Shown here one piece after another: positions 10,301 to 19,388 of a stretch of 64,000 nucleotides of DNA (position 1 is its first letter; each line of letters starts with the position of its first letter). The notes beneath the pieces are model-generated. The model was not told the DNA's origin. It did not search any database and worked only from the letters and a program-made list of their open reading frames with translations. The stretch comes from Coriobacteriales bacterium (GTDB lineage Bacteria; Actinomycetota; Coriobacteriia; Coriobacteriales; UMGS124). The translations under genes were made by a program, and so were the position numbers. Location: positions 18,069-82,068 of the forward strand of contig JAFWFL010000120.1 of NCBI GenBank assembly GCA_017515595.1, in the 5' to 3' direction.

Positions 10301-11130
10301 GCTTTTAACGCTGCGGTGGTTGACCCAAAGCTTGCGTTAATAGTGCCGAGAATAACTGCAAGCTCTTCATATGTAAGCAGCTTGTTTGCCTGTGCACGCT
10401 CAAGAGCGGCAAGGCCGCAAATGGGATCGGCCGCAAGGGCCTGGATTTTCTCGGCAACAGCCGGAGGCTTCTTTTTACCAATTTGATCGAGAACCATCTC
10501 GAGCGTTCCCACAAGGTCGGTAAGTGCATCATACACATCGCCTGCAAGGAGGTTCGCAGGGCGTGTAGGAGCGCCAAGATTGATGGCATTTGCACCATCC
10601 TGGACGCTGCTCATGGCGTTAAGCAACTGCTCAAGCATCTCGCGTACGTATGATGCGCTAAAAAGCTCAAAGAGGTGCGCGGTAGCATAGCCGCTTGATG
10701 CGATGGCTTCGTTTATGGCTTCGAGCATGAGATTGTTTTTATCAGTATCGTCAAGAATGCCGAACGCCGGATCAAACCCCAGCTCGAGAGCGTGATCATG
10801 GAGGATTCTCGAGCACATGCCGTGGATGGTGCTGATCCAGGCAGAGTCAACCTTAAGCGCCTGGTCAATAAGGCCGGCCGAGCGCAACGTAGAACGCACG
10901 CGTGCCTTGATTTCTGCGGCAGCGAGCTCGGTAAACGTGATGGCGAGAACGTCTTCGCTTATATCATGCACGCCGCTCTTCTCGGGGTGGAGCAGGACAT
11001 ACGCAATACGACGGGTGAGCATAAACGTTTTGCCGCTGCCTGCTCCGGCCGACACCAAAAGCGGCCCGTCAACGCACTCAACGCAGGTTTTTTGGCAAGG
11101 ATTCAGCCCGGCAACAAGATCAACGGCCAT
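7393..11130 (-). CDS. addA: AddA/RexA-like UvrD-family helicase-nuclease
   Basis: Start trimmed to the ATG at 11130, with AGGAGGA upstream. It overlaps the upstream gene's stop. Motifs are Walker A SAGAGSGKTF, VMVDEFQDTS and the C-terminal RecB-type nuclease GSIDLL...VIDYKTG...QAQCYAY. Confidence 0.85.
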   Translation of the reverse strand: MAVDLVAGLNPCQKTCVECVDGPLLVSAGAGSGKTFMLTRRIAYVLLHPEKSGVHDISEDVLAITFTELAAAEIKARVRSTLRSAGLIDQALKVDSAWISTIHGMCSRILHDHALELGFDPAFGILDDTDKNNLMLEAINEAIASSGYATAHLFELFSASYVREMLEQLLNAMSSVQDGANAINLGAPTRPANLLAGDVYDALTDLVGTLEMVLDQIGKKKPPAVAEKIQALAADPICGLAALERAQANKLLTYEELAVILGTINASFGSTTAALKAPVLEFKIIYYSTVTACKLGIAGQSKQELLQLALKTREFYTQKKRAIHKLDQDDLLQQALLALKNHESLARQYRDKFKLVMVDEFQDTSALQIAIISLLDGARDERLCTVGDTQQSIYRFRGADVDTYREHKRHMRGEAGATYQELGTNYRSHGDVIHFVNRVFAQERVFGRGSASEFIELDAAREHDNPCMPRIDMALITNAFNKAHTEERYRSEALYICDRFCKLHEGIISENGDTVHYNWGDMVILLGTTTFASLFANTLRERGIPCIVTGGSTFIKMPEAQTICTLAQAIANPLDDYAIKELLVSDMFGLDADELLSITALKRGGSSGLWHGIQELCKNADASSLPARIQLASDVLNNAVRRSRTMSPSRVLEYAVAESGWLNRLQQEGPQGTAQAANILKAIRVARSQEDNKPAQRGMSAVAERLAAKFSEDKGIKEKPGALNVSGQDAVRIMTIHASKGLEFPVVALAAFHNTLRDNNSLKLETIGGTIHMTLTPPSSVLDLYGTLSKTTNSTLSKALADYAKATGSEHLQTEEAPGNNPAETYDALSFYQAIIAHAQAGELAELRRKFYVGATRPREVLILAAEGASASQDKRELGQYYNSEIIEDIRHALVGPDRDFPNIPMQVDFGGDIPMTLTKIQIEVDELGVISTVDRPLQDYLVSDTMRNELLTSNASLETPQEQVNVSEPLDINTLLPLVLPCNPLRAGTFSYTMLSKHGDTSGAAETDPDEVAPESESPLNIDTESDAEPLEAAPHRYIDATSFGSAFHASAQWMAEKILATRTGANSFNEFDVSDYLPSNERLAQIARTWNLPVYGMPRLKAALSLWAHSSAAQAAYAYECLEPEASLYVTLLGHQGEPLRLEGSIDLLCHAAGSAQNSKALVIDYKTGGSPAETPEQLHEKHLLQAQCYAYAVLLQGYQSVDLCFVRVEVPDPSNPQEPQTVRYTYTHQDLPHLEQTLRDAQ

Positions 11131-14100
11131 TTTGTATCCTCCTTGGGCATTGTGCGGCGAGCGAGCAAAATGCGCATGAAGCCGAGCCAAAGCGCGGATT
11201 GGGCTCGATGTCGCCCATAAAAAGGTGCTCATGAATCGCCTCATAGGATACGGCTTCCAGAGCATCGAGTAGCTGGTCAAACGTGAGCGCAGGCAGAACC
11301 TGGTTGGTCAGACAATCATGCGTTAGCTTTTGTGATGAGAGAGGTATTGCGACACTCGGGTCAAGCATTCCGGTTACTTCAGGATAAGAATAACCCATAT
11401 AAAACGCACCGAGAGGAGCAGGCATTTGAGGAGCATTGCGTAATGCCGCAGCATACATGAGTATTTGCGTATGAAGCGGTAAGAGCGCTTTCGCTGCCTC
11501 GAGAGGGTCGTCTTGCGAGACGGCAAGCTCGAGAGCAGGGTCCTTTTGAACGTCCTTGGGCAAAGGCATGTGATGAGTGCCGTAGAGGCGTGATTTATAA
11601 TCAATAATGATGAGATTGCCCTGGTCATTCTTATCTATGCGGTCAATACGGCCTTTAAGCTTAACACCCCCAAAGGAGAGCGCCGGGATTGTACTGTCTT
11701 CGAGGCCAAATGACCATTCGTGAAGCCAGGGAACATAGCCCTCGGGGAGCTCGGCATCAAGCAAAAGACAGCCATAGATGTTCTTACGCAGCTGTTTTAG
11801 CTGGTATTCTTCAAGGCGGTCAACAGCGACCAACCGCGGATTGATGTCCTCATCCCGGTTTTTGTGAAGCGACACCTGGGTATCGAACTTCTCGGACACC
11901 AATAAATCAAGCGCAAGCGCGTTGGTGCGGTCCCGCAAAAAATCGTGGTCAATGCGAGGCGTACCGCGATTGGCAAGTTCGGTATGCACATCACACAAAA
12001 CCGCATGGCAAAACGCTCCTTTTTCGAGCGCGCCAAACTCTGCGTCAAGCCCGTCCTGCGGTATGCGCTGCTCATAAAACCACCTGGCAGGACAGCGCAA
12101 ATAGCCTTCAAGCACGCTCGGAGAAAGAGCCTTTTGCGGGTCAATTAAGAGCTCTTTAACAGAAGCCTGCCTTATCAAAAGCTCAGGAACAGGAGCCTTT
12201 TCCCAAGCACGGTCAAGGGCGCCAACCGGGCTCAGGACATCAGAGAACTCCTCCTCACCAATTTGAGGTTCCATTGCGAGCCGCCCATCTTTGGGGAGCC
12301 CGGTGAGCTTATCAAGTTCATCAATCTGTGTACTGTCAGGCCGGTAACAGTCAATAACCTCTTCAAAAAGCGCGCTCGGTCTTTCCTCAGAAGCAGCGTC
12401 GTTGTTAAGCGGACGCTCAAGTACAAAAAAGTCGCTCGCAGCCTCAAGTGCATTCATAAACTGCCAGCGCAGGTTATCAACAGGAGTTGCAAGAGGCACG
12501 AGCCCCTTATGAGCCAAAAACGTTTGAGCGGCATCGCCCTCAGCCTCAAGCGCATAATTCTGTGCAGTAAGCCCGCAAACAATCACAGCCTTAGCCTTGA
12601 TACTCTCGGCCTGGCCCAATGTCACTAAACGAACAGCATTGGGATTACCCGCAAGCACCGCAGCCTCCTTTTGCGCCGCAAGCGCCAGAGGAGGGAGATG
12701 TAAAAGCGTCTGAGAAACCCGCAGGCCTTCAAGCAGGCAGTCTGTGTATTCAGACAAATCAATGTCAAGGCTTAACGCATGAGCAAAGAGTTCATCCAAA
12801 GCAACCGCAGTTTTCCTGTCGAGAAGCTCCTGCGTGTTTTGAGGGTTTATCCCCGCAGGTAAAAGCCCGAGCATAAAAGCAGTAGCGCTCATATGGCCTT
12901 GGCGCATTTCTCTAAAAGTGCTCGCAGCTAACGGAGCATCTTCCTCGAGTGCCGTCTGTATGTCATCCAAATACGTACTGACATTCGCAAGTCTGTTGGC
13001 TCTCCAAGCAGCATCAAGCTCAAAAGTCCGGTAAACAGGAAGTCCCAAGAGGGGATTAAGCGCAAGATCAGTAGCCATGCTGCGATACTGAGGAGCAGGT
13101 TTTGTGTTGTCTTGTGTCGTTTGATCCTCTCGGAGAAGTACAAGCAGCGATGCAAGCAGCTTCCCGGCTGGAGTTGCCCCTACACTTTGCGATTCCCGTG
13201 CAATACAAGCTATATTATGAGCAGCAAGTCTCCCGCTCAGTGTCTGTGTGAGCGTGAACGGATCTTTGCAGATAACAGCAATATCGCGAGCTTTCAAAGG
13301 ATGATCAGGGTTTTCTATGAGCGAAGTAATGATGTTTGTAAGCGCCTGAGGTTCAGCATAAGCGCCGGTGGGCAAAACAAACCGCAAAGCGCCCGAAGGC
13401 GTGATAGCATGCCCGGGTGTAGGATGAAAGATCTCCTGTGCCAGTTCAGCAAGTTCAGTCGAGTTCCATGGTTTCTTTAGCTTGCCAGCAAACGAAAGCT
13501 CGTTTGTCTCAATAACTCGAACCGGAACTTGAGCCTCCCGAGCACAATCCAAAAGATACTCTGCGCAATTTTGTGCTTTAGTAGAAGCTGAAGTCTCATG
13601 ACCCGCATCATGCCTGGTCACAAACGTGACGCCCGCATGTGCTGCCGCAGCACATATCAGGTCAAAGTAAGAATGATCAAGCTCACTAATACCGTCAAGC
13701 ACCAGATGCTGCCAGCCACTACTGCCCATCATGTGAGGCAGTTTATGAGCAGCGCTGCAAAGCTCAATGTAACCATGACTGCTTAAGAGCTCATCATAGC
13801 GCTCAACAACCCTCTGAGCCTCAAATTCCGCAGGAGTCAAATCATCCCCGACTTGAACAGTTTCTCCCTCATATTCCGAAAGAGAACGCACGATTTTCTC
13901 GATAAAGGTAACCGTTCCAACAGCATGCGCATCAAGGTTTTTAAGGTCAGGAGTATCGAGCAAAGCCCTCAGCACAAACAATCGCCTCATCTGAGGCGTT
14001 ACCGGAGTCCTGCCATCGCCAAACAATTCCCAAAGCGACTGCACCCACTGTCCGGTTGTGGCTATTGTAAGCCCCAGTGTTTGAGCGCCACTGTTCGCAA

Positions 14101-14287
14101 GCCCCTGCGCAGTCCGAGTAACCAACTCAACCGAAGACATAAGCCGAACCGCGCGCCAAGATTTCTCAACAGCTTTTATACAAAGATCATCAGCAATATC
14201 ATGGCACATAAACAGCGTAGAAGCATTAACAACCGTAAGCCCCGGCTGTACAAGCAATTCTTCAATTGATCCAACGTTTACCGCCAT
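11120..14287 (-). CDS. addB: AddB/RexB-like nuclease subunit
   Basis: 1055 aa with no N-terminal Walker A. The C-terminus has a PD-(D/E)XK motif (GRIDRIDK...LIIIDYKS) and a Cys cluster (YLRCPARW ... CAFCSLAAQC). It is translationally linked to the addA-like gene, and GGAGG precedes its ATG. Confidence 0.75.
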   Translation of the reverse strand: MAVNVGSIEELLVQPGLTVVNASTLFMCHDIADDLCIKAVEKSWRAVRLMSSVELVTRTAQGLANSGAQTLGLTIATTGQWVQSLWELFGDGRTPVTPQMRRLFVLRALLDTPDLKNLDAHAVGTVTFIEKIVRSLSEYEGETVQVGDDLTPAEFEAQRVVERYDELLSSHGYIELCSAAHKLPHMMGSSGWQHLVLDGISELDHSYFDLICAAAAHAGVTFVTRHDAGHETSASTKAQNCAEYLLDCAREAQVPVRVIETNELSFAGKLKKPWNSTELAELAQEIFHPTPGHAITPSGALRFVLPTGAYAEPQALTNIITSLIENPDHPLKARDIAVICKDPFTLTQTLSGRLAAHNIACIARESQSVGATPAGKLLASLLVLLREDQTTQDNTKPAPQYRSMATDLALNPLLGLPVYRTFELDAAWRANRLANVSTYLDDIQTALEEDAPLAASTFREMRQGHMSATAFMLGLLPAGINPQNTQELLDRKTAVALDELFAHALSLDIDLSEYTDCLLEGLRVSQTLLHLPPLALAAQKEAAVLAGNPNAVRLVTLGQAESIKAKAVIVCGLTAQNYALEAEGDAAQTFLAHKGLVPLATPVDNLRWQFMNALEAASDFFVLERPLNNDAASEERPSALFEEVIDCYRPDSTQIDELDKLTGLPKDGRLAMEPQIGEEEFSDVLSPVGALDRAWEKAPVPELLIRQASVKELLIDPQKALSPSVLEGYLRCPARWFYEQRIPQDGLDAEFGALEKGAFCHAVLCDVHTELANRGTPRIDHDFLRDRTNALALDLLVSEKFDTQVSLHKNRDEDINPRLVAVDRLEEYQLKQLRKNIYGCLLLDAELPEGYVPWLHEWSFGLEDSTIPALSFGGVKLKGRIDRIDKNDQGNLIIIDYKSRLYGTHHMPLPKDVQKDPALELAVSQDDPLEAAKALLPLHTQILMYAAALRNAPQMPAPLGAFYMGYSYPEVTGMLDPSVAIPLSSQKLTHDCLTNQVLPALTFDQLLDALEAVSYEAIHEHLFMGDIEPNPRFGSASCAFCSLAAQCPRRIQNGR

Positions 14288-14307
14288 GCCATGCCTCCGT
14301 AAAACAT

Positions 14308-14562
14308 GATTTTGTTTTTGATAGAGTTTGGAGGTGCTGATGAATTTGATTTAAGTTTTGCCGGGGACGAGTATTATCTTTCCGAGCGTCTCTGTACGCG
14401 CGGTTGCATAGACACGGCCCGAGTAGAGAAGACGCTAAAGTAGTATGGGAGCCGCGTCGTTCATGCAACCCGCGGCAGGCTAGCGAGGAAAGATAATACT
14501 CGTCCCCGGCAAAACTTAAATCAAATTCATCAGCACCTCCAAACTCTATCAAAAACAAAATC
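14308..14562. repeat. Perfect 76-bp inverted repeat (arms 14308-14383 and 14487-14562) around a 103-nt unique centre
   Basis: I reverse-complemented the left arm base by base and it is identical to the right arm (76/76). It lies 7 nt past the icd stop and 20 nt before the addB start. Confidence 0.95.
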
Positions 14563-14569
14563 CCCCAGG

Positions 14570-15772
14570 TTAACCCTCGAGCATGTCTCGAATAGCCAAA
14601 ATAAACTCTCGGCTGTTAAGCACCTGAGGATTCTCAATACTGGTTATCAGCGCAAGATCTTTAGTCATCTTTCCGCTTTCGATTGTGGCCAGCGTCGCCC
14701 GCTCAAGTCTGTTCGCAAAGTCCACAAGCTCAGGCAGCTGATCAAGCTCTCCGCGCTTGCGCAATGCACCGGTCCAGGCAAAGATTGTTGCAACCGAGTT
14801 GGTCGAGGTTTCTTCGCCCTTAAGATAGCGGTAATAGTGGCGTTGTACCGTACCGTGAGCGGCTTCATATTCCCAGCAGCCTTGCGGAGAAACCAGCACA
14901 GATGTCATCATCGCGAGGCTTCCGAATGCGCTCGAGACCATGTCGCTCATAACGTCGCCGTCATAGTTTTTGCAAGCCCAGATAAAGCCGCCCGGGGACT
15001 TCATCACACGAGCAACCGCGTCATCAATGAGCGTATAGAAGTAAACGATGCCGGCTTCCTTGAACTTCTCGGCATACTGAGCGTCATAGATTTCCTGGAA
15101 GATGTCCTTAAAGCGGTGGTCATAGGTCTTTGAGATAGTGTCTTTTGTTGCAAACCAGAGATCCTGCTTGCTGTCGAGCGCGAAACTAAAGCATGCATGG
15201 GCAAAGCTTGCGATTGAGTTGTCGAGGTTGTGCATGCCCTGAGCAACACCGGGTCCTTCAAAGCGGTGGACAAGCTCGCGAGTCTCGGTACCGTCGTCGG
15301 CTGTGTACACAAGCTCGACTTTGCCCGGGCCGGGTATGCGCATCTCGGTGTTGCGGTAGACGTCGCCATAGGCATGGCGGGCGAGAGTGATGGGCTTTTG
15401 CCAGTTGCGCACGTTGGGCTCAATGCCCTTGACAAGGATGGGCGCCCTGAATACCGTGCCGTCAAGCGCTGCGCGAATGGTCCCGTTGGGGCTCTTCCAC
15501 ATGGATTTGAGGCCGTACTCCTCAACGCGCGCGGCGTTTGGGGTAATGGTGGCGCACTTAACAGCAACACCCAGGCGCTGAGTTGCCCGGGCGGACTCGA
15601 GCGTTACAGCGTCGTCAGTGTTGTCGCGATTCTTAAGACCCAGGTCATAATACTCGGTCTTGAGGTCGACATAGGGGCAAATGAGATTATCCTTAATCAT
15701 TTGCCAGAGGATACGCGTCATTTCATCGCCATCCATCTCGACAAGCGGGGTGGTCATTGCAATCTTTGCCAT
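14570..15772 (-). CDS. icd: NADP-dependent isocitrate dehydrogenase (IDH1/2-like homodimeric type)
   Basis: Start trimmed to the ATG at 15772 (GGAAAGGAAC upstream). The sequence [23 protein letters not shown]...KCATITPN...NYDGDVMSD is typical of this family. Confidence 0.9.
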   Translation of the reverse strand: MAKIAMTTPLVEMDGDEMTRILWQMIKDNLICPYVDLKTEYYDLGLKNRDNTDDAVTLESARATQRLGVAVKCATITPNAARVEEYGLKSMWKSPNGTIRAALDGTVFRAPILVKGIEPNVRNWQKPITLARHAYGDVYRNTEMRIPGPGKVELVYTADDGTETRELVHRFEGPGVAQGMHNLDNSIASFAHACFSFALDSKQDLWFATKDTISKTYDHRFKDIFQEIYDAQYAEKFKEAGIVYFYTLIDDAVARVMKSPGGFIWACKNYDGDVMSDMVSSAFGSLAMMTSVLVSPQGCWEYEAAHGTVQRHYYRYLKGEETSTNSVATIFAWTGALRKRGELDQLPELVDFANRLERATLATIESGKMTKDLALITSIENPQVLNSREFILAIRDMLEG

Positions 15773-15794
15773 GAAAAAGTTCCTTTCCGGGGGA

Positions 15795-17348
15795 TTATGC
15801 ATCCTGTGACGTGGTCTTTTTGGTGCGGGGTTTACGTTTGGATTTTGATTTGGTTGTTAATGACGGAGCGTTGTCTTTGTCAGCGGGAGACTCCTGAGCA
15901 TCTGCTGTCTCTTGTAGTGATTGTTCTCCCTCGTTAGCCGTGGTATTCTCGAGAATCTCAACTTCAGACTCCTCGCTTGCGGCGTCTTCTTCCTGTGCAT
16001 GGAGCTCTTTAAAGAGCGCCGTCATGGTAGGATTGCCGCGAGTGAGTTTTTTGATGGTAAGATCCTCTGCCCTGCGGTTAGCGAGCTCAAGATTGCGCTC
16101 AGACCCAACAAGCGACTCCCTGACCTTCATAAGCTGTTCAATTGTTTTGTCAATGTCTTCTATAGCCTTTGCGAACTTCTTGCTTGCCTGCTCATAGTTG
16201 TAACCAAATTTTGTTTTAAAGTCCTCGAGCTTCGCCTCAAAGTTGGTGACATCCAAGGATTGTTGCTGGGCTTTGGCGAGCTCGCTCTTGTAATGGAGCG
16301 AATTGAGCGCGGCGTTGCGCAAAAGCGTGATGAGCGGGATAAAAAACTGAGGCCGTACCACGTACATCTTGGGGTAACGGTACGAGACATCCACAATGCC
16401 CGTGTTATAAAGTTCGCTCTCAGGCTCAAGCAGCGAGACAAGCACCGCGTATTCGCAGTTCTTTTTGTTGCGGTCTTCGTCAAGCTTCTTAAAGTGTTCC
16501 TCGTTCTTTTTGTGGCGTGTACCGGTGTCGTCCTCGTTTTTCATTTCGAACATGATCGAGATGAACTCAGTTCCGTCTTCGCCCGATTCCCTAAAAATGT
16601 AGTCGCCCTTGGTGCCGCCAATGACGTCGTTGTCTTTTTCGAAGTAAGCGTGGGGGAAGGCGGTCATACGCAGCTGGTTAAAGGCGATTTCGCAGTGCTG
16701 CTCGAGGCTCTCGCCGAGCATCTTGGTAGACAGTTTTGCCTTCATGTCGCGAATGCGCTCGATTTCGCGGTCGCGCTCGGCAATCTGCTCATCTTTGGCT
16801 TTGAGTTTCTCGGCCAGCTCTACCTGGTGTGCTGCCTGCGCGCGGGCGTTCTCGGTTTTTTGCTGTTCAAGACGGGCGGTGAGGGCGTCGCACTGACGCT
16901 GCAGCTCAAACTGGGCCTCCTTCATGGTCTGGGTTGCTTCCTGAACCGCAAGCGATTGCTGAGCCTGCGCCTGGTTCTTTTGAGCGCTCAGTTCTGTTTG
17001 AGCTGCGGTTATCTTGGCCTCAAGCTGGGCTTTGAGCAAATTGGCTTCATTTGAAAGCTCAAGCCTGGTCTTCTCGACAGCTTCGTCTTTTTGCGCGGTA
17101 ATGATCGCGAGCTGCGATTTAAGCTCGGTAATTTGTTGTTCGCTCTGTGCGAGTTCCTGCTTCAGAGACTCCTGGGCTTTAGAAACAGCAAGCTCACGGG
17201 CCTGTTCCTGCTCAACTCTAAGATGAGCTTCCCGGTCTTTAAGAGCGCGCGTAAACTCGGCATCGCGCACCTGCGCAACAATTTGTGTCCAGCCGCTTTC
17301 ATCAACGGTAAATGCTTCGCCACAGTGAGGACATTTAATCTGATTCAT
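15795..17348 (-). CDS. DUF2130-like protein (zinc ribbon, coiled coil, conserved C-terminal domain)
   Basis: N-terminal [13 protein letters not shown], then a long Q/A/E-rich coiled coil and a conserved C-terminal region ([10 protein letters not shown]...FEMKNE). The tail is K-rich. Confidence 0.65.
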   Translation of the reverse strand: MNQIKCPHCGEAFTVDESGWTQIVAQVRDAEFTRALKDREAHLRVEQEQARELAVSKAQESLKQELAQSEQQITELKSQLAIITAQKDEAVEKTRLELSNEANLLKAQLEAKITAAQTELSAQKNQAQAQQSLAVQEATQTMKEAQFELQRQCDALTARLEQQKTENARAQAAHQVELAEKLKAKDEQIAERDREIERIRDMKAKLSTKMLGESLEQHCEIAFNQLRMTAFPHAYFEKDNDVIGGTKGDYIFRESGEDGTEFISIMFEMKNEDDTGTRHKKNEEHFKKLDEDRNKKNCEYAVLVSLLEPESELYNTGIVDVSYRYPKMYVVRPQFFIPLITLLRNAALNSLHYKSELAKAQQQSLDVTNFEAKLEDFKTKFGYNYEQASKKFAKAIEDIDKTIEQLMKVRESLVGSERNLELANRRAEDLTIKKLTRGNPTMTALFKELHAQEEDAASEESEVEILENTTANEGEQSLQETADAQESPADKDNAPSLTTKSKSKRKPRTKKTTSQDA

Positions 17349-17558
17349 GAAACACGTTCCTCCTTACCGGCTTGAGTATTCCGTAGCGTTCGAATTTTGC
17401 GATCTCACATCATACTCCATCTTGTACCGTAAGAATGTAGAGAAACAATTAAGTAAGCCATTTTAAGCACTTTTGTTGTATAAATATACAAGGTTTTGCA
17501 GATGATCTTATTGTCAGAAATTATGCGGAGAAACCCGCCGGAATGATAAGAGGAACAC

Positions 17559-19355
17559 ATGATATTTGAAAGAAACGAGATCGAAGAGCGCTATACCTGG
17601 GATTTATCGAGCATGTTCGAGAATGACGAGGCGTTTAATGCCGCATTTGAGCGGGCAAAAGCCCTGCCCGAGCAAAGCCAGGCACATGAGGCAACCGCGA
17701 CCTCCTCGGCAAGCGGGCTTTTAGACTATCTTAAATTTGTTGACGATGGTACCGTTTTGGTATCCAAGCTCTTTAATTATGCGGCGAGGCGCCAGGACGA
17801 GGATACCCGTGTGTCAACGTACCAGGCGTTCCTGGGCCGTGTTACCATGCTGTATGCACAGGTAAGCACCGCAAACGCATGGTTTACTCCGGCTCTTATT
17901 GCGCTTGATCCGCAGGTGCTTGATGGCTATTTTTCCCAAGAGCCCGGGCTTGAGGTATACCGCCGCAAGATTGAGAGCATTGTCCGCCTGCGTCCTTACA
18001 CGCTTCCGGCCGAGCAGGAGGCCCTGCTTGCGGCCGCATCAGAGATAGCTGCCCAGCCCGAGCAAATCAATTCAATGTTTAATGATGCTGACCTCACGTT
18101 TGGAACTGCTCTTGACGCTGAGGGTGTGGAACATCAGGTTACTCACGGTTCGTTTGTGACGCTCTTGCGTTCAAGCGACCGCGTGTTGCGCAAGAACACG
18201 TTTGACGCGCTTTACTCGGTGTATGAGAAATTCCGCAACACAAGCTCGGCCATTCTGAACTCTCAGATTAAGCAGCTCGAGTTTTTTGCGAATGCGCGCG
18301 GTTATGCATCAACGCTCGAAGCATCAATGTTCCCCACCGAGGTTCCCACCCAGGTGTATAACAACCTCATTAACGCGGTAAACGCAGGCATGGACACCAT
18401 GTACAAATATGTTGACCTGCGCAAAAGCATGCTCGGAGTGGATGAGCTTCACAGCTATGACCTCTATGCTCCCATGGTAGATTCGGTTGAGAAAAAATAC
18501 ACCTATGAAGAAGCATGCGAGATCATGTACGAAGCCCTTGCCCCTCTGGGCCCCGAGTATGTTGCCCAGGTGAAAAAGGGTGTTGAGAGCCGTTGGATTG
18601 ATGTGTACGAGACTCCCGGCAAGCGCAGCGGCGCATACTCGGCAGGCGGGTACGGCATGCAGCCGGTGATTCTGCTCAACTTCCAGGGTACCATTGACGA
18701 CGTCTTTACCCTTGTGCACGAAATGGGCCACTCAATGCATACGTTCCTCGCGTGCGAAACCCAGCCGCCCTGCTACAGCGAGTATGAGATGTTTGTTGCC
18801 GAGGTTGCCTCGACCACAAATGAGAGTCTCCTTATGCAGTGGTTCTTGGATCATGCAACAGATGCGCGCGAGCGGGCCTGGCTTTTGAATCACTATCTCG
18901 AGGAATTCCGTACAACGCTCTTCCGCCAGACCATGTTCGCCGAGTTCGAGCGCGATATTAACCAGATGTCCGCCAACGGCGAGGGTATCACGGCAGATGC
19001 GCTCTGCGATGCCTATGGCAAGATTATTGAGAAGTACTTTGGCCCGGGTCTTGCCCATGATGACTATATTGCGCTTGAATGGGCGCGCATCCCGCATTTC
19101 TATTACGATTACTATGTCTACGTGTATGCAACAAGCTTTAGTGCCTCAGTTGCTCTTGCACGCAAGATCCTGACAGAAGGAGCTCCGGCGCGTGAGGCGT
19201 ATATCAATTTCCTCCGTGGCGGCAGCTCAAAGGCGCCCATTGATCTGCTCAAAGGCGCCGGCGTGGATATGTCTACCGCCGAGCCCATAGAAGCAGCGAT
19301 CCAAGTATTTGCTGATACTGTTGAGCAATTGCGCGAACTTGCCCGCGAATTATAA
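17559..19355 (+). CDS. pepF: Oligoendopeptidase F (M3B)
   Basis: 598 aa with the HEMGHSMH zinc motif, and length and sequence typical of PepF. AAGAGGAA lies upstream of the ATG. Confidence 0.9.
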   Translation: MIFERNEIEERYTWDLSSMFENDEAFNAAFERAKALPEQSQAHEATATSSASGLLDYLKFVDDGTVLVSKLFNYAARRQDEDTRVSTYQAFLGRVTMLYAQVSTANAWFTPALIALDPQVLDGYFSQEPGLEVYRRKIESIVRLRPYTLPAEQEALLAAASEIAAQPEQINSMFNDADLTFGTALDAEGVEHQVTHGSFVTLLRSSDRVLRKNTFDALYSVYEKFRNTSSAILNSQIKQLEFFANARGYASTLEASMFPTEVPTQVYNNLINAVNAGMDTMYKYVDLRKSMLGVDELHSYDLYAPMVDSVEKKYTYEEACEIMYEALAPLGPEYVAQVKKGVESRWIDVYETPGKRSGAYSAGGYGMQPVILLNFQGTIDDVFTLVHEMGHSMHTFLACETQPPCYSEYEMFVAEVASTTNESLLMQWFLDHATDARERAWLLNHYLEEFRTTLFRQTMFAEFERDINQMSANGEGITADALCDAYGKIIEKYFGPGLAHDDYIALEWARIPHFYYDYYVYVYATSFSASVALARKILTEGAPAREAYINFLRGGSSKAPIDLLKGAGVDMSTAEPIEAAIQVFADTVEQLRELAREL

Positions 19356-19388
19356 TGGTCCCGTATGGACAGTTGAGAGGAGTAACGA

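Noticed and set aside
9619-10308. 229-aa plus-strand ORF, plus several 60-140-aa ORFs within 7.4-14.3 kb.
   Set aside because: All of them are embedded antisense or out of frame within the addA/addB-like genes.
14262-14558. 98-aa minus-strand ORF spanning the icd-addB gap.
   Set aside because: It is produced by reading through the perfect palindrome, so its two ends are mirror-derived. It also overlaps the addB start, and no RBS is present.
15921-17054. 377-aa plus-strand ORF.
   Set aside because: It is antisense to the DUF2130-like gene. Its low-complexity Leu/Phe/Val-rich sequence mirrors the coiled-coil codons on the other strand.
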